Shown here: one piece after another, positions 39,083-49,074 of the stretch | Position numbering within the stretch: the first letter of the stretch is position 1 | How the letters are laid out: each line of letters begins with the position of its first letter | DNA from: Candidatus Uhrbacteria bacterium | GTDB lineage: Bacteria; Patescibacteriota; Patescibacteriia; UBA9934; GWF2-40-263 | Assembly: GCA_026395055.1 (NCBI GenBank) | Contig: JAPLZK010000003.1 | Coordinates: 278,379-342,378 of the forward strand | Length of the DNA: 64,000 nt | Reading direction: 5' to 3' | The notes under the pieces: model-generated | Told to the model about the DNA's origin: nothing | What the model saw: the letters and a program-made list of their open reading frames with translations, nothing else | The model's database searches: none | Program-made: the position numbers and the translations under genes

Positions 39083-39185
39083 GGGGTTGTTCAAATACAT
39101 TGGCGAGAACGCTTTCGGTGAGCCCGTCTGCGGTGGTCTTCTGAAGGGCGGGCTGCTCTCGCAGCCAATGTATTTGAACAACCCC
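39083..39185. mobile_element. MITE-like element with 22-bp perfect terminal inverted repeats
   Basis: GGGGTTGTTCAAATACATTGGC / GCCAATGTATTTGAACAACCCC; flanks GAGCGA and GAGCGG. Confidence 0.55.
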
Positions 39186-39241
39186 GAGCGGACACAGAGC
39201 ACAACACAAACGAAAACAGAGTTGAAAAACTCTGTTGGGGT

Positions 39242-39685
39242 TTAAACACCTTCGATCGTAAGTCTGACTTCTGCATCAAAGTTGAATGGAAGTTCAATTG
39301 TGAGAGTCTTTGTTCCCGGGCTCTTAAGAGGCTCGGAAAGCTGAACCATCTCTTCATCAATATCAAAACCTTCTTTTTTCAAAGCTTTCGCAATCATCTT
39401 TTTTGTAACCGCAGCATAAAGCACACCGTCATCATTCACCTTTTCTTCAAGGGTGATCTCATAGCCATCAAGTTTCTCTGCAACTTTTCCCATAGCCACA
39501 ATCGCCTTTTGCGACTGTTTCTTCGCAATGGTCTCGCGTTCCTTCATGTTTCGCAACGCTTCTTCTGTTGCGGGCACAGCCAAATTCTGTGGGAACAAAA
39601 AGTTCTGGGCGTGTCCGTCAGAGACTTCCACGACCTGATCTTGCTTACCAAGGCTTGCAACATTCTCAAGGAGAATCACTTTCAT
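39242..39685 (-). CDS. rplI: 50S ribosomal protein L9
   Basis: MKVILLENV..LGK..QVVEVSDGHAQNFLFP. Confidence 0.96.
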   Translation of the reverse strand: MKVILLENVASLGKQDQVVEVSDGHAQNFLFPQNLAVPATEEALRNMKERETIAKKQSQKAIVAMGKVAEKLDGYEITLEEKVNDDGVLYAAVTKKMIAKALKKEGFDIDEEMVQLSEPLKSPGTKTLTIELPFNFDAEVRLTIEGV

Positions 39686-39700
39686 ACGCTCCGCAGTATA

Positions 39701-40168
39701 TCACATGAGTTCTTTTAGATCTGCGAGGATTTCATCCACATGCTTGTCTGGCTTTACATCCTCGTAAATCTTTACGATTTTCCCTTTTGGATCAATGAGA
39801 AACGACCAGCGGTTCGTTCCCATGTATTCTCGGCCCATAAACTTCTTCTTTCCCCACACTCCGTAGGCGTTGACGAGTTCCTTGTCTTCATCTGCAAGAA
39901 GCGTGAATGGGAGTTCGTATTTCAAAGCAAACTTCGAGTGGCTTTTTGCTGAATCCACACTTGCACCAAATACAACCAGGCCAAGCTTTTTGAACTTTGG
40001 AAAGTTATCACGCATCGAACAAGCTTCCTTTGTGCACCCTGGTGTGTCGTCCTTTGGATAAAAGTACAAAAGAACCCATTTCCCTTTTTGATCTTTCAGT
40101 GAATGCATCGCTCCGAGCTGGTCGGGCAATGCGAAGTCTGGAGCTTTGTCACCAAGTTTTAGTTTCAT
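39701..40168 (-). CDS. bcp: Peroxiredoxin Bcp
   Basis: YFYPKDDTPGCTKEAC. Confidence 0.95.
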   Translation of the reverse strand: MKLKLGDKAPDFALPDQLGAMHSLKDQKGKWVLLYFYPKDDTPGCTKEACSMRDNFPKFKKLGLVVFGASVDSAKSHSKFALKYELPFTLLADEDKELVNAYGVWGKKKFMGREYMGTNRWSFLIDPKGKIVKIYEDVKPDKHVDEILADLKELM

Positions 40169-40238
40169 ATCAAATAAGTTTAGCACAATAAAAAGCAACC
40201 CATTACCGGGTTGCTTTTTATTTTATATATCCAGCCCA

Positions 40239-40361
40239 TAAAACTTCTTAAATTGGATGTATCGCGAAGTGCTGGAGGCAAAAAAATGTTGAAACGTATT
40301 CACATACGTTGAAACAATTTTTTGCCGAAGCACGAGCGAGGCGCCAATTTTAGAAGTTTTA
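40239..40361. mobile_element. MITE-like element, TA-flanked
   Basis: TAAAACTTCT(T/A)AAATTGG terminal inverted repeats, internal nested palindrome. Confidence 0.55.
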
Positions 40362-40574
40362 CTTGCAAGCTTTACAAGACTTCTTCATAAGCATGGCGAC
40401 TGCCGAGAGACCGACCAAGATGTAAATGATCTTTACGAGCATTGGCCATGCGCCAAAAAGCACTTCAACAAGGTTCCAGTTGAAAAGACCAACAAGACCC
40501 CAGTTAAGACCACCGACAAGAAGAAGCCACCAAGCTCCGCAATGCACGCCGCACTTTTCGCCTTTCGAGAACAT
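40359..40574 (-). CDS. DUF378 membrane protein
   Basis: LLLVGGLNWGLVGLF...IYILVGLSA. Confidence 0.88.
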   Translation of the reverse strand: MFSKGEKCGVHCGAWWLLLVGGLNWGLVGLFNWNLVEVLFGAWPMLVKIIYILVGLSAVAMLMKKSCKACK

Positions 40575-40749
40575 AAGAAAAAAATTAGGAATAAATCTCA
40601 AAACTAAAGATATTTTATCAAGAAATGCCAAAGTCGTCGCGTGCTGTGGATAACCATAGGTCAAGAAGAGTGTGGATAAAATCAAAATAACGAAAGACAC
40701 CTCGCGAAAATAGGAGATAAACGGTAAGATGTGAAAAATATATTTTTCT

Positions 40750-42033
40750 ATGAACATCTCCTCAAAAAATTCAGGAATCAGTGCAAATCAGCAAAAGCCC
40801 TTTGTGAAACAACTAGAACCGTATCGCAAACATCTTGCGGACATTCATAAGAACGGTGGATTCGACCAACTTGAAAGCTCCATCAATCTTCCATTTTCAA
40901 AACACATCGATCAGATCCTGGCAAAAGCAAAAGGGTATCAAACAAAAACACTGAATACGGTTGTTGTCATTGGAATCGGCGGATCCAACCTTGGAACACA
41001 AGCAATTTATGAGGCGCTTCCAAAAAAGAACGTGGAACTTTTATTTCTTGATACGGTTTCAAGTTCGCATTTTTCAAATATTCTCGAGAGACTCACAAAA
41101 ACCCACAAAAACAAAAAACAGTTTTTGATCGTAAGCATCAGCAAGTCAGGCGGAACGGCAGAAACCATCGCAAACACAGAAGTTCTTTTATCTTCCCTCA
41201 AGAAATCGTATGGGGATGTTCGCGATCGCCTGGTCGTGATTACAGATGAAGGTTCCAAGTTTCATGACGAAACCATTAAACAAAAAATCGATTCACTTAC
41301 CCTCCCAAAAATGGTTGGCGGAAGATTCAGTGTTTTTTCGGCTGTGGGACTCTTTCCTCTTGCAGTTGCGGGTTATGACATACGCGCATTATGCCGCGGC
41401 GCAAAGTCCGCAATAGAAGATGGAACTTCCTCGATCACCACAAAAAACATCGCCATGTCTCTTGCAATCACCACACATCTTCAACAAAAAAATGGATTCA
41501 ACATTCATAACTCTTTTTTCTTTGCTCCAGAACTTGAATGCCTTGGGAAATGGGAACGCCAACTCATTGGCGAAAGTTTAGGAAAAGAATTTGATCGCAA
41601 TGGAAAACGTGTAAACGTGGGGATCACTCCAATTGTCTCAATCGGTTCAACAGATCTGCACTCGATGGCCCAACTCTACTTTGGTGGACCACGCGATAAA
41701 TTCACGACGATCGTCTCGATAAAAGACATGCATCGTCACTTTGTTCCAAAGCAACAACTCTTTCCAACGCTTGTTGAGAATCTTGCGGGAAAAACACTCG
41801 CAACCCTTATGGAAGCCGTTGTCGGTGGTGTTGTTGCGGCCTATCAAAAATCCAAACTCCCCTTTGTGGAATGTGTATTTGATAAACTCGACGAACTCTC
41901 TCTCGGAAACTTCCTACAAATGCGTATGTTGCAAATCATGTATCTTGGAGAACTTATGAACGTGAACGCGTTTGATCAACCGAATGTGGAGGCGTATAAG
42001 GTAGAGACGAAGAAACGACTACAGAACGCATAA
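40750..42033 (+). CDS. pgi: Glucose-6-phosphate isomerase
   Basis: IGIGGSNLG, SKSGGTAET, VGGRFSV, QLIGESLGK, DLHS, FDQPNVE.YK. Confidence 0.95.
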   Translation: MNISSKNSGISANQQKPFVKQLEPYRKHLADIHKNGGFDQLESSINLPFSKHIDQILAKAKGYQTKTLNTVVVIGIGGSNLGTQAIYEALPKKNVELLFLDTVSSSHFSNILERLTKTHKNKKQFLIVSISKSGGTAETIANTEVLLSSLKKSYGDVRDRLVVITDEGSKFHDETIKQKIDSLTLPKMVGGRFSVFSAVGLFPLAVAGYDIRALCRGAKSAIEDGTSSITTKNIAMSLAITTHLQQKNGFNIHNSFFFAPELECLGKWERQLIGESLGKEFDRNGKRVNVGITPIVSIGSTDLHSMAQLYFGGPRDKFTTIVSIKDMHRHFVPKQQLFPTLVENLAGKTLATLMEAVVGGVVAAYQKSKLPFVECVFDKLDELSLGNFLQMRMLQIMYLGELMNVNAFDQPNVEAYKVETKKRLQNA

Positions 42034-42049
42034 ACAGAAATCACGCCTT

Positions 42050-42940
42050 ATGAACCAACCTTTCTTTTCGATCATCATTCCAACCAAGCGTCGTCCAAAA
42101 GAATTAGAAGATGTTCTCAAGGATTTTGCCGCGCAACACATGGACCCAAATTTATTTGAGGTTCTTATTTTCAATGACGAACATGATCTTGCAACCGAAC
42201 GACTCGCTCAAAAAGCTTGGCCGTTTCGCGTGCAATACTTCTTCTCGGACGAGAAAACAAACTCTTGTCGCAGTCGGAATATTTGTCTGGATCACGCAGA
42301 AGGTGAATGGATTGTCTTTTTAGATGATGACGTGCGTTTTGATAAAACATTTCTCACGTGGGCAAAAGAGCAATCAAACATTTTTTCTTTCTTCACTCCA
42401 AGAATTATTAAACCTCCGGAAAAAACAACAAAAGCTGGAATCGTAAAACTCGCAACACAAACACTCTGGCTCGGAAGAACGATGCCCTTGTTTGGTTTTT
42501 TTATTGCGGGGTTTGATCTCTTGAAATCAAAACCAACACGAACGGATCATTTACCAGGAATCATGATTGTAAAACATGCGCTCGTAAAAACCGTACGATT
42601 CGATGAATGGATTGGGGAAGGAACGGGCTATCTTGATGACACAGATTTTAGTCATACGGTTCAAACCAAAAATAAGATTGTTCCCTATTTTCTTTCCACA
42701 TTCACTATTCTGCATCTTCAGGCGTCATCAGGTGGCAACAGAGAGCACGATGTTAAACGTTGGTATTATTATTACCAAGCCCATAAAGTGTATTTTTTTC
42801 GCAAGCACTTCCCATTCACTACTCCCTGCGTCCTTCTTTGGAGTTTTATAGAATGCTGTCTACGTTGCGCACAAAAACGCACCAATCTTCTTCCAACCTA
42901 TGTCCGAGCAACACGAGATGGACTGGCTCAAGCTGTCTAA
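42050..42940 (+). CDS. Glycosyltransferase family 2
   Basis: SIIIPT, SRN, FLDDD. Confidence 0.85.
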   Translation: MNQPFFSIIIPTKRRPKELEDVLKDFAAQHMDPNLFEVLIFNDEHDLATERLAQKAWPFRVQYFFSDEKTNSCRSRNICLDHAEGEWIVFLDDDVRFDKTFLTWAKEQSNIFSFFTPRIIKPPEKTTKAGIVKLATQTLWLGRTMPLFGFFIAGFDLLKSKPTRTDHLPGIMIVKHALVKTVRFDEWIGEGTGYLDDTDFSHTVQTKNKIVPYFLSTFTILHLQASSGGNREHDVKRWYYYYQAHKVYFFRKHFPFTTPCVLLWSFIECCLRCAQKRTNLLPTYVRATRDGLAQAV

Positions 42941-43982
42941 CATTTTTATTTGGCAAGGTGGATGGAAAGGCGGTGCAGAAACCGTCATGTTTGAAATAGC
43001 AAAATTTTTGAAGGAAACCCACAACATCACCCCAACTCTCGGTCTTTTTGAAGGCAATCTAGATTCCACACAACCGTTTCCACAAATAGAAGTGAAAACG
43101 ATTTTTCCGAAACACCTTGTTGCCTATAATAATATCGCCGCTCCCATTTTATCACGCAAGCAGCTCGAGCCATTTGATCTGATTATCACACATGAAGGGG
43201 GATTTTGGAAAACAAAATCCAATCATTATATCTATCGCGAACCAGGCGATCTCTTTCGATTATTTTCCGCCCTCCCGTTCAAATCAAAAATAGGCTACGC
43301 CATTCCCCTCCTCGCATCCCTCTACGGCTTACACACCGCCGATATTCCTATTGCTGCATCTTACAAGGCAGAATGGTTTTTCAAGAAGGTGCATGTCCCC
43401 TTCCTCATTCGTAGTTCAAACTTCATCGATACAAAAATCATTCCCGTCGCAACAAAACGTTCACACACAAACACAGAACCATTTGTCCTCACGTTTATTG
43501 GACGAGACGATAAAATAAAAAATCTCGCCTGGTTAGAGCGAGCTTGTTCCAATCTCCCGTCGTCTATGAACGTGCATCTACACGTATTTGGCGTAAAAAA
43601 ACAGGACACACAGAACATCACCTACCACGGCTGGGTTGAAGAACGAACAATATGGCAGTTCTTACAGGACCAAACACATGCGTTTGTGCTCTCCTCTCTT
43701 TTTGAAGCAAGCCCTCTCGTTCTCTTGCAAGCTCTTGCGTGTGGTATACCCTCTCTCGTAAAAACATCCGCGTTGCCCGACGAACTCTCGTCATTCGTTT
43801 TACCGTTCAATTCTGAAAAGGATTTTATAACAACACTTCAGAGCCTCATCGAAAACTACGAGGAGCATGCGCAAAAATCCTCTACGAACGCTACCACTGT
43901 TCGAACAACATACGATAAGCAAACCGTTCTTACCGCAGAGTTCGTAGCCATTGGACAAAAGATTTTGGGAGAACATCTGTGA
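42918..43982 (+). CDS. Glycosyltransferase family 4
   Basis: GGAE, FIGR...KN, SSLFEASPLVLLQALACG; start uncertain. Confidence 0.8.
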   Translation: MDWLKLSNIFIWQGGWKGGAETVMFEIAKFLKETHNITPTLGLFEGNLDSTQPFPQIEVKTIFPKHLVAYNNIAAPILSRKQLEPFDLIITHEGGFWKTKSNHYIYREPGDLFRLFSALPFKSKIGYAIPLLASLYGLHTADIPIAASYKAEWFFKKVHVPFLIRSSNFIDTKIIPVATKRSHTNTEPFVLTFIGRDDKIKNLAWLERACSNLPSSMNVHLHVFGVKKQDTQNITYHGWVEERTIWQFLQDQTHAFVLSSLFEASPLVLLQALACGIPSLVKTSALPDELSSFVLPFNSEKDFITTLQSLIENYEEHAQKSSTNATTVRTTYDKQTVLTAEFVAIGQKILGEHL

Positions 43983-44736
43983 ACCCCATGAACACGAGCG
44001 GAAAATCTTTAAAGGGATAGCGCATTTCTCGAAACACAAACCAGCGCGCCCGCGTGACATTCACAAGACGTTTCAAAACATTGCGTGTGCGCGTTAAACT
44101 GTTTGCGTGAACACGGTAGGCAACGAGCGTCTGAGAAATATTTGCGACGTGAGAAATCTTCATGATGTTCACACACATTTCCCACTCAAACCCAGGCAAA
44201 AACGTCTCTCGATAATTCCCCGCAGCCCGCAAGACGTCTGCGCGATACATAATCGTGCTGTGTACAAATGGATTGAAACGAATAAGCACACAACGAATGT
44301 CTTTGTCCTCTGTCGGAGCAGAAATGATTTCGTGTAAATCATTTCCTTCTGGATCAATCATGTTTGCAAACGCTCCAACCATCCCAACATCTGGATGTTC
44401 CTCTAAATATCCGTACTGAATGCGCAAACGATTTGGAACAGAAATATCATCCGCATCATTAATGACAATGTATGCACCGTTCGCGAGACCTATTGCTTTA
44501 TTCAACGCAGGAATTCTTCCAAGTCGTGTATCGTGAAAAACTTGGAATCGTGCGTCCAACGCTTGATATCGATCGAGAATAGACGCTGTACGATCTGTAG
44601 AACCATCGTCCACAATAACGGCTTCCCAATCCGATTCCGTTTGATGCAAGAACGACAAAAGTGTTTCTTCTAGAAATGCATCGCCGTTAAATACGGTGAC
44701 AATAAAACTAAAACGTGGATGAGATTCAGAAGTCAT
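43930..44736 (-). CDS. Glycosyltransferase family 2
   Basis: IVDDGSTD, DADD, NPFVHST. Confidence 0.9.
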   Translation of the reverse strand: MTSESHPRFSFIVTVFNGDAFLEETLLSFLHQTESDWEAVIVDDGSTDRTASILDRYQALDARFQVFHDTRLGRIPALNKAIGLANGAYIVINDADDISVPNRLRIQYGYLEEHPDVGMVGAFANMIDPEGNDLHEIISAPTEDKDIRCVLIRFNPFVHSTIMYRADVLRAAGNYRETFLPGFEWEMCVNIMKISHVANISQTLVAYRVHANSLTRTRNVLKRLVNVTRARWFVFREMRYPFKDFPLVFMGFTDVLPKSFVQWLRTLR

Positions 44737-44747
44737 AAACAAATCCT

Positions 44748-45671
44748 ATGCTGCACGATGAACTTAAACAATCCGCAAAGAGCCTGACGTCTTTTCTTGA
44801 AACACATCTGACGAAAAATGGATTCTCATCCCGTACCTTTTATGGGGAAATCTTCACTGCCGTTGCTAGCCAATATTGTGATTCAGATCGCCAGATTATA
44901 CAAGACGCGCTTTCTGGACATCAAAAAAAACTGCTCGAATCGGAGGATGCAAGGAATCATCAAGAGTTTCATATCTACGCTTATGCGCTCCTGAATAAGG
45001 CAATTCGTACATCTCTTCCAATCCCGAACATCCATTTTTCCCATACGATCCGTGCCAAACCAACAAACTGGATTCTTTTGAGAGGTCTTGCAAAAATTCG
45101 ATTTGGATCTGCATTCGATAAATGGTTCTGGAAAAAAATCCTCCCGATTGTTATTCGTGTAAACGATCGAGATGGATTTATTCTTGACCGGGGTATTGGT
45201 GCATTGATGCGTGGAGAAGAAAAAGAATCTCATCTATCAGATCAATATCAAGCATTCATGCTCGTTGTCCTCACAGATTTATATGAACTTACACACAACC
45301 CATTTTATCTAACAACCTTTCGTAAGGGACTAAACGCACTTCTTGCACACCAAAAAGAAACCGCGGAAGTCATTCGATTCGGTCGTGGTCGTGGACAAAT
45401 TTTTGGATACGGATCACTTGTGTACGCACTCAGTTGGTCCCTCACACAGGATGGGCCGAATTCAAATGAAACAGCACTCCAAAAAACATGTGCGTATCTT
45501 TTTTCCTTTCAAAACGAAGACGGATCCTTTCCGCTTGTCTTAACAAAGGGGGATGATCCATCGCTCTGGGAGAGTTACAATAATCTTTTTGATTATCTTC
45601 CCTTTCTTGCCGTCATGCTTTGGCGTTCTTCTGTCGTATTATCAAAAAACGGAGAACGTTTTCTTGCGTAA
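44748..45671 (+). CDS. Hypothetical helical protein in the glycan locus
   Basis: 307-aa ORF; QNEDGSFP resembles prenyltransferase/alpha-alpha toroid repeats. Confidence 0.6.
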   Translation: MLHDELKQSAKSLTSFLETHLTKNGFSSRTFYGEIFTAVASQYCDSDRQIIQDALSGHQKKLLESEDARNHQEFHIYAYALLNKAIRTSLPIPNIHFSHTIRAKPTNWILLRGLAKIRFGSAFDKWFWKKILPIVIRVNDRDGFILDRGIGALMRGEEKESHLSDQYQAFMLVVLTDLYELTHNPFYLTTFRKGLNALLAHQKETAEVIRFGRGRGQIFGYGSLVYALSWSLTQDGPNSNETALQKTCAYLFSFQNEDGSFPLVLTKGDDPSLWESYNNLFDYLPFLAVMLWRSSVVLSKNGERFLA

Positions 45672-46333
45672 AAAAAGAGGTGGTACGAAAAAATTCCAAA
45701 CTGTCTTGAAAATTCCCATTGAGAAACAACCTTTTGGAATCGCGTAAGAGATGGACGAAAAAACGGTCGTAATGGATACGTAACAAGAAACACCAACTGA
45801 GACAATCCCATTCCGCGACGTTCGAATTGAATAGAAACAAAATCATCATTTAATAATTCGCGAATTTCACGTACAGAATAGTGATGATTTTTTGGTTTTT
45901 GAAATCTCAATCGAGACATGATGTTCTCTGTACTCAAAAAACAAAACATTCCCGTATACGGAACCGATCCAACAAATAATCCATCCGGTTTCAAAACCCG
46001 CGCAATTTCGTGCGCTGTTTTTTTATCTCCCCCTTCTTTCCCTTTTAAATATTCGATGACATCTAAACACAACGCTGCGGAAAACGATTGATCTGAATAT
46101 GGCATCTGACGCATGTCACCAAAAATGACAGCGTCTTTCATTGTAGGTATCGATGCGTACACACGTTCAATTGCTTTCGCATCACCATCTATTCCCGTGA
46201 GATTTGAAAAACCATCTTGAGAAAGCAATGTCAGCAGCTCACCGTATCCACATCCAACATCAAGAATGGGCAGAGACTTCTCGTCATGCAATTGTTCGAG
46301 CAGGCATTGTTTTGCGCGATCAGATCGATCCAT
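45593..46333 (-). CDS. Class I SAM-dependent methyltransferase
   Basis: ILDVGCGYG, GDMRQMPY, RVLKPDG. Confidence 0.9.
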   Translation of the reverse strand: MDRSDRAKQCLLEQLHDEKSLPILDVGCGYGELLTLLSQDGFSNLTGIDGDAKAIERVYASIPTMKDAVIFGDMRQMPYSDQSFSAALCLDVIEYLKGKEGGDKKTAHEIARVLKPDGLFVGSVPYTGMFCFLSTENIMSRLRFQKPKNHHYSVREIRELLNDDFVSIQFERRGMGLSQLVFLVTYPLRPFFRPSLTRFQKVVSQWEFSRQFGIFSYHLFFYARKRSPFFDNTTEERQSMTARKGR

Positions 46334-46341
46334 AGGATACC

Positions 46342-47148
46342 TTAAACGGATTTTTGTTTACGACAATAAAATGCTCGATGAACAAAAAGACATTTCTCAT
46401 TTGGCAAACCGTAAACAGAATATCCAAATAAGCCCATAAAATTGAAAAACACTTTTTGTGGACCCATGTTCTGACGAATCTTTCGCAAGAACGAAACCTT
46501 CTCAGGCTTTCCTTTTGTTTCTTCATTAATCCAACGTGTTTCCTCATCAAGAGAAATTGCACGCTCAACATGAAACCCATTTCCTTCTATGATCTGTTGA
46601 TATTGTTTTTCCGTATATTGATGTGGGTGCGGTGGATCCAAAATAATATTGAGTTTGGAAAAAACAAATCGAACCCAAGAAACCGTATGGCAATTCAACG
46701 TAAACACAGCCACACCATCACCCTTCAATAAATCTAACGTGCGATGAAGGGCAACGGGGATATTTTCCACATGATCTAATGAGTTAAATCCTAAAACCAG
46801 ATCAAATGGTTGTGCGGCCACAAATGTTTCCATTTGTCCTTGCTGATAATCGGCGTAATAATTTTTCAAAAAAGGAAAATGCTCGATGTACTCATTCATG
46901 AGCGAATCTAAGCAGGTCAACTGACATTGATCTGCAATTTCCAAAACAACTCCGGAAGGACCACATCCAAAATCCAAAACACGTTGTTCTGCTCGTAAAT
47001 GCTTATCAGGAAAAATTTTTGCAAATAATTTATGCCAAAACATCTTCTTCAATCGAAGATACTCAGGCGTATTCAATTTTTTTTCATGCTGAATCCAACA
47101 ATCACTTTCTTCTTTTTGCGCACTGAGCCAACGCTGCTTCATTCCCAT
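46342..47148 (-). CDS. Class I SAM-dependent methyltransferase
   Basis: VLDFGCGPSG, FDLV...NSLDHV. Confidence 0.88.
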   Translation of the reverse strand: MGMKQRWLSAQKEESDCWIQHEKKLNTPEYLRLKKMFWHKLFAKIFPDKHLRAEQRVLDFGCGPSGVVLEIADQCQLTCLDSLMNEYIEHFPFLKNYYADYQQGQMETFVAAQPFDLVLGFNSLDHVENIPVALHRTLDLLKGDGVAVFTLNCHTVSWVRFVFSKLNIILDPPHPHQYTEKQYQQIIEGNGFHVERAISLDEETRWINEETKGKPEKVSFLRKIRQNMGPQKVFFNFMGLFGYSVYGLPNEKCLFVHRAFYCRKQKSV

Positions 47149-47156
47149 AGAACAAA

Positions 47157-47951
47157 TCATTTAAGTAAATTCTGACACGTCGTCGTAAATGTAACTTTTT
47201 CACCTGCCTGTAATCTTCCGAGTCTATACGACGTGAGTGGAAGAAATCGGTACCATTGCTTACGCATCCATGACCACGACGTTTTCTTTTCTCCCCGATA
47301 GAGAAGAAAACGTTTTAATCCAACCGCAAGAAGAAGTGCGTTAAAAAAAGACGGAATCGCTTTGTTGTAAAAAGAATAATTTAGTTTTGTGATAATCCGT
47401 TCGTCTGAACTTGGAAGAAAACGAATATGTGCGATCCAACTCCCGGGTTCATCTCGTACGTAAAGGTATGGAGTAAAGGAAGCAGGTGACTCGAATGCGC
47501 TTACACGAATCGTTATATTCCCATCCGGCCCAACGAATTGAATTGTATCATGCGTGCCTTCGAGCGGAAATTGATAATAAATATTTTGATCTTGATGCTC
47601 AATCCGTCGTCCATGAATGATCGCAAAATCAAACCACTCTTTCGGAAACACATACCGAGAGACAAAGTCTAGAAGATGTGTTTCTTTCTGTGCTTCGAAT
47701 TCATGTGTGCGCACGACTCCTTCCATCGAGTCTTGTTCATTTATCGTTAAAACACCTTCCCCATCTGTTAAATGAATTCTCTGTTTCAACAGCAACGTTG
47801 ATTCACCTTGCTCATGAGCCAACGTTTCTTGTGAAAGATACTGACTCTTTCCCGTCAATGTAAAAAAAGAACGTGAATCGGCGAATTCAATTCCCCATAA
47901 GCTCCGCACTGATGAGAATGCATTCGGTTGTGTAAAATCTGTTTTCGACAT
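47157..47951 (-). CDS. Hypothetical protein in the glycan locus
   Basis: 264-aa ORF, no recognised motif. Confidence 0.6.
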   Translation of the reverse strand: MSKTDFTQPNAFSSVRSLWGIEFADSRSFFTLTGKSQYLSQETLAHEQGESTLLLKQRIHLTDGEGVLTINEQDSMEGVVRTHEFEAQKETHLLDFVSRYVFPKEWFDFAIIHGRRIEHQDQNIYYQFPLEGTHDTIQFVGPDGNITIRVSAFESPASFTPYLYVRDEPGSWIAHIRFLPSSDERIITKLNYSFYNKAIPSFFNALLLAVGLKRFLLYRGEKKTSWSWMRKQWYRFLPLTSYRLGRLQAGEKVTFTTTCQNLLK

Positions 47952-47968
47952 ATTCTGTAGATAATCTT

Positions 47969-49069
47969 ATGCAAATTCTCCACGTCAATAAATATTTTCC
48001 CCCATGGATCGGAGGGATTGAAACAATTGTATCGGAAATAACAGAATTCTTACAGGATGATACACACGTAAATCACGTTCTTGTTTGCCAAGGTTCACAC
48101 GCAACAACAAGCACAGAAACCATTCAAGGGGTAAACGTCATTCGCGTAAAAACGTGGGGATCACTTTTTAGCATGCCTCTTTCCTTTGAGTTCTTCTCTC
48201 GATTCAAAAAAGAAATGCAAACGACAGATGTCGTTTTACTCCATCATCCATTCCCTCTTGGTTTTCTTGCCGCGGCCCTCTTCGCAAAGAAAAAACGAAT
48301 CGTTGTTTTTTATCATGCAGATATTGTGAGACAAAAATGGGTCGCAACACTCCTCGCTCCATTATTTCACCTTATCTTCGCCCGCGCGTCCGACATCATC
48401 GTCACAAGCAATCGCGTCAAAGAATTTTCTCCACACCTTCGAGCATATCAATCAAAATGCAAAACGATTCCTCTTTGGATTCACGAAACGGACTTTGACC
48501 TGACGTCACAAAACAAACAGATGGCAGATGAAATCAGAACAACATACGGACAACCGCTTGTTTTAAGCGTTGGCCGACTTGTTTCCTATAAGGGCTACGA
48601 CATCTTCATGGATGCCATGAAAGATATTTCTGTGCATGCGCTTATTATTGGAACTGGGCCCCTCAAACAAGAACTTTTAGAACACATTCGTAAAAACAAT
48701 CTTGCATCACGCATTACAATCCTTGATCCTGTTCAAAATCTTGCTCCGTATTATTACGCAGCTACTCTGTTCGTTCTCCCATCCATCACGCACGCAGAAG
48801 CGTTTGGGATTGTTCAGTTGGAAGCAATGTATTGTGGTTGCCCCGTTGTGAATACCGCACTTAAAACAGGCGTTCCCGAAGTGAGCTTAGATCAAATCAC
48901 AGGATTAACCGTTCCTCCAAATGATTCTGCCGCACTTGCACAAGCGATAAACACCATTCTTTCAAATCAAGAAATGCGCGCGAAATTTTCCGAACGAGCT
49001 CACGAACGAGTCTTAAAGATCTTTTCTCAAGAAAACGCCCGCACAAAGATCAGACAAATTTTTTCTTAG
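47969..49069 (+). CDS. Glycosyltransferase family 4
   Basis: GGIE, VGRLVSYKG, EAFGIVQLEAM. Confidence 0.92.
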   Translation: MQILHVNKYFPPWIGGIETIVSEITEFLQDDTHVNHVLVCQGSHATTSTETIQGVNVIRVKTWGSLFSMPLSFEFFSRFKKEMQTTDVVLLHHPFPLGFLAAALFAKKKRIVVFYHADIVRQKWVATLLAPLFHLIFARASDIIVTSNRVKEFSPHLRAYQSKCKTIPLWIHETDFDLTSQNKQMADEIRTTYGQPLVLSVGRLVSYKGYDIFMDAMKDISVHALIIGTGPLKQELLEHIRKNNLASRITILDPVQNLAPYYYAATLFVLPSITHAEAFGIVQLEAMYCGCPVVNTALKTGVPEVSLDQITGLTVPPNDSAALAQAINTILSNQEMRAKFSERAHERVLKIFSQENARTKIRQIFS

Positions 49070-49074
49070 AGTGA

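Noticed and set aside
39030-39209. N-terminal extension of PyrG in the ORF track
   Set aside because: It translates the palindromic element; homology starts at MPHKFIFV (39029)
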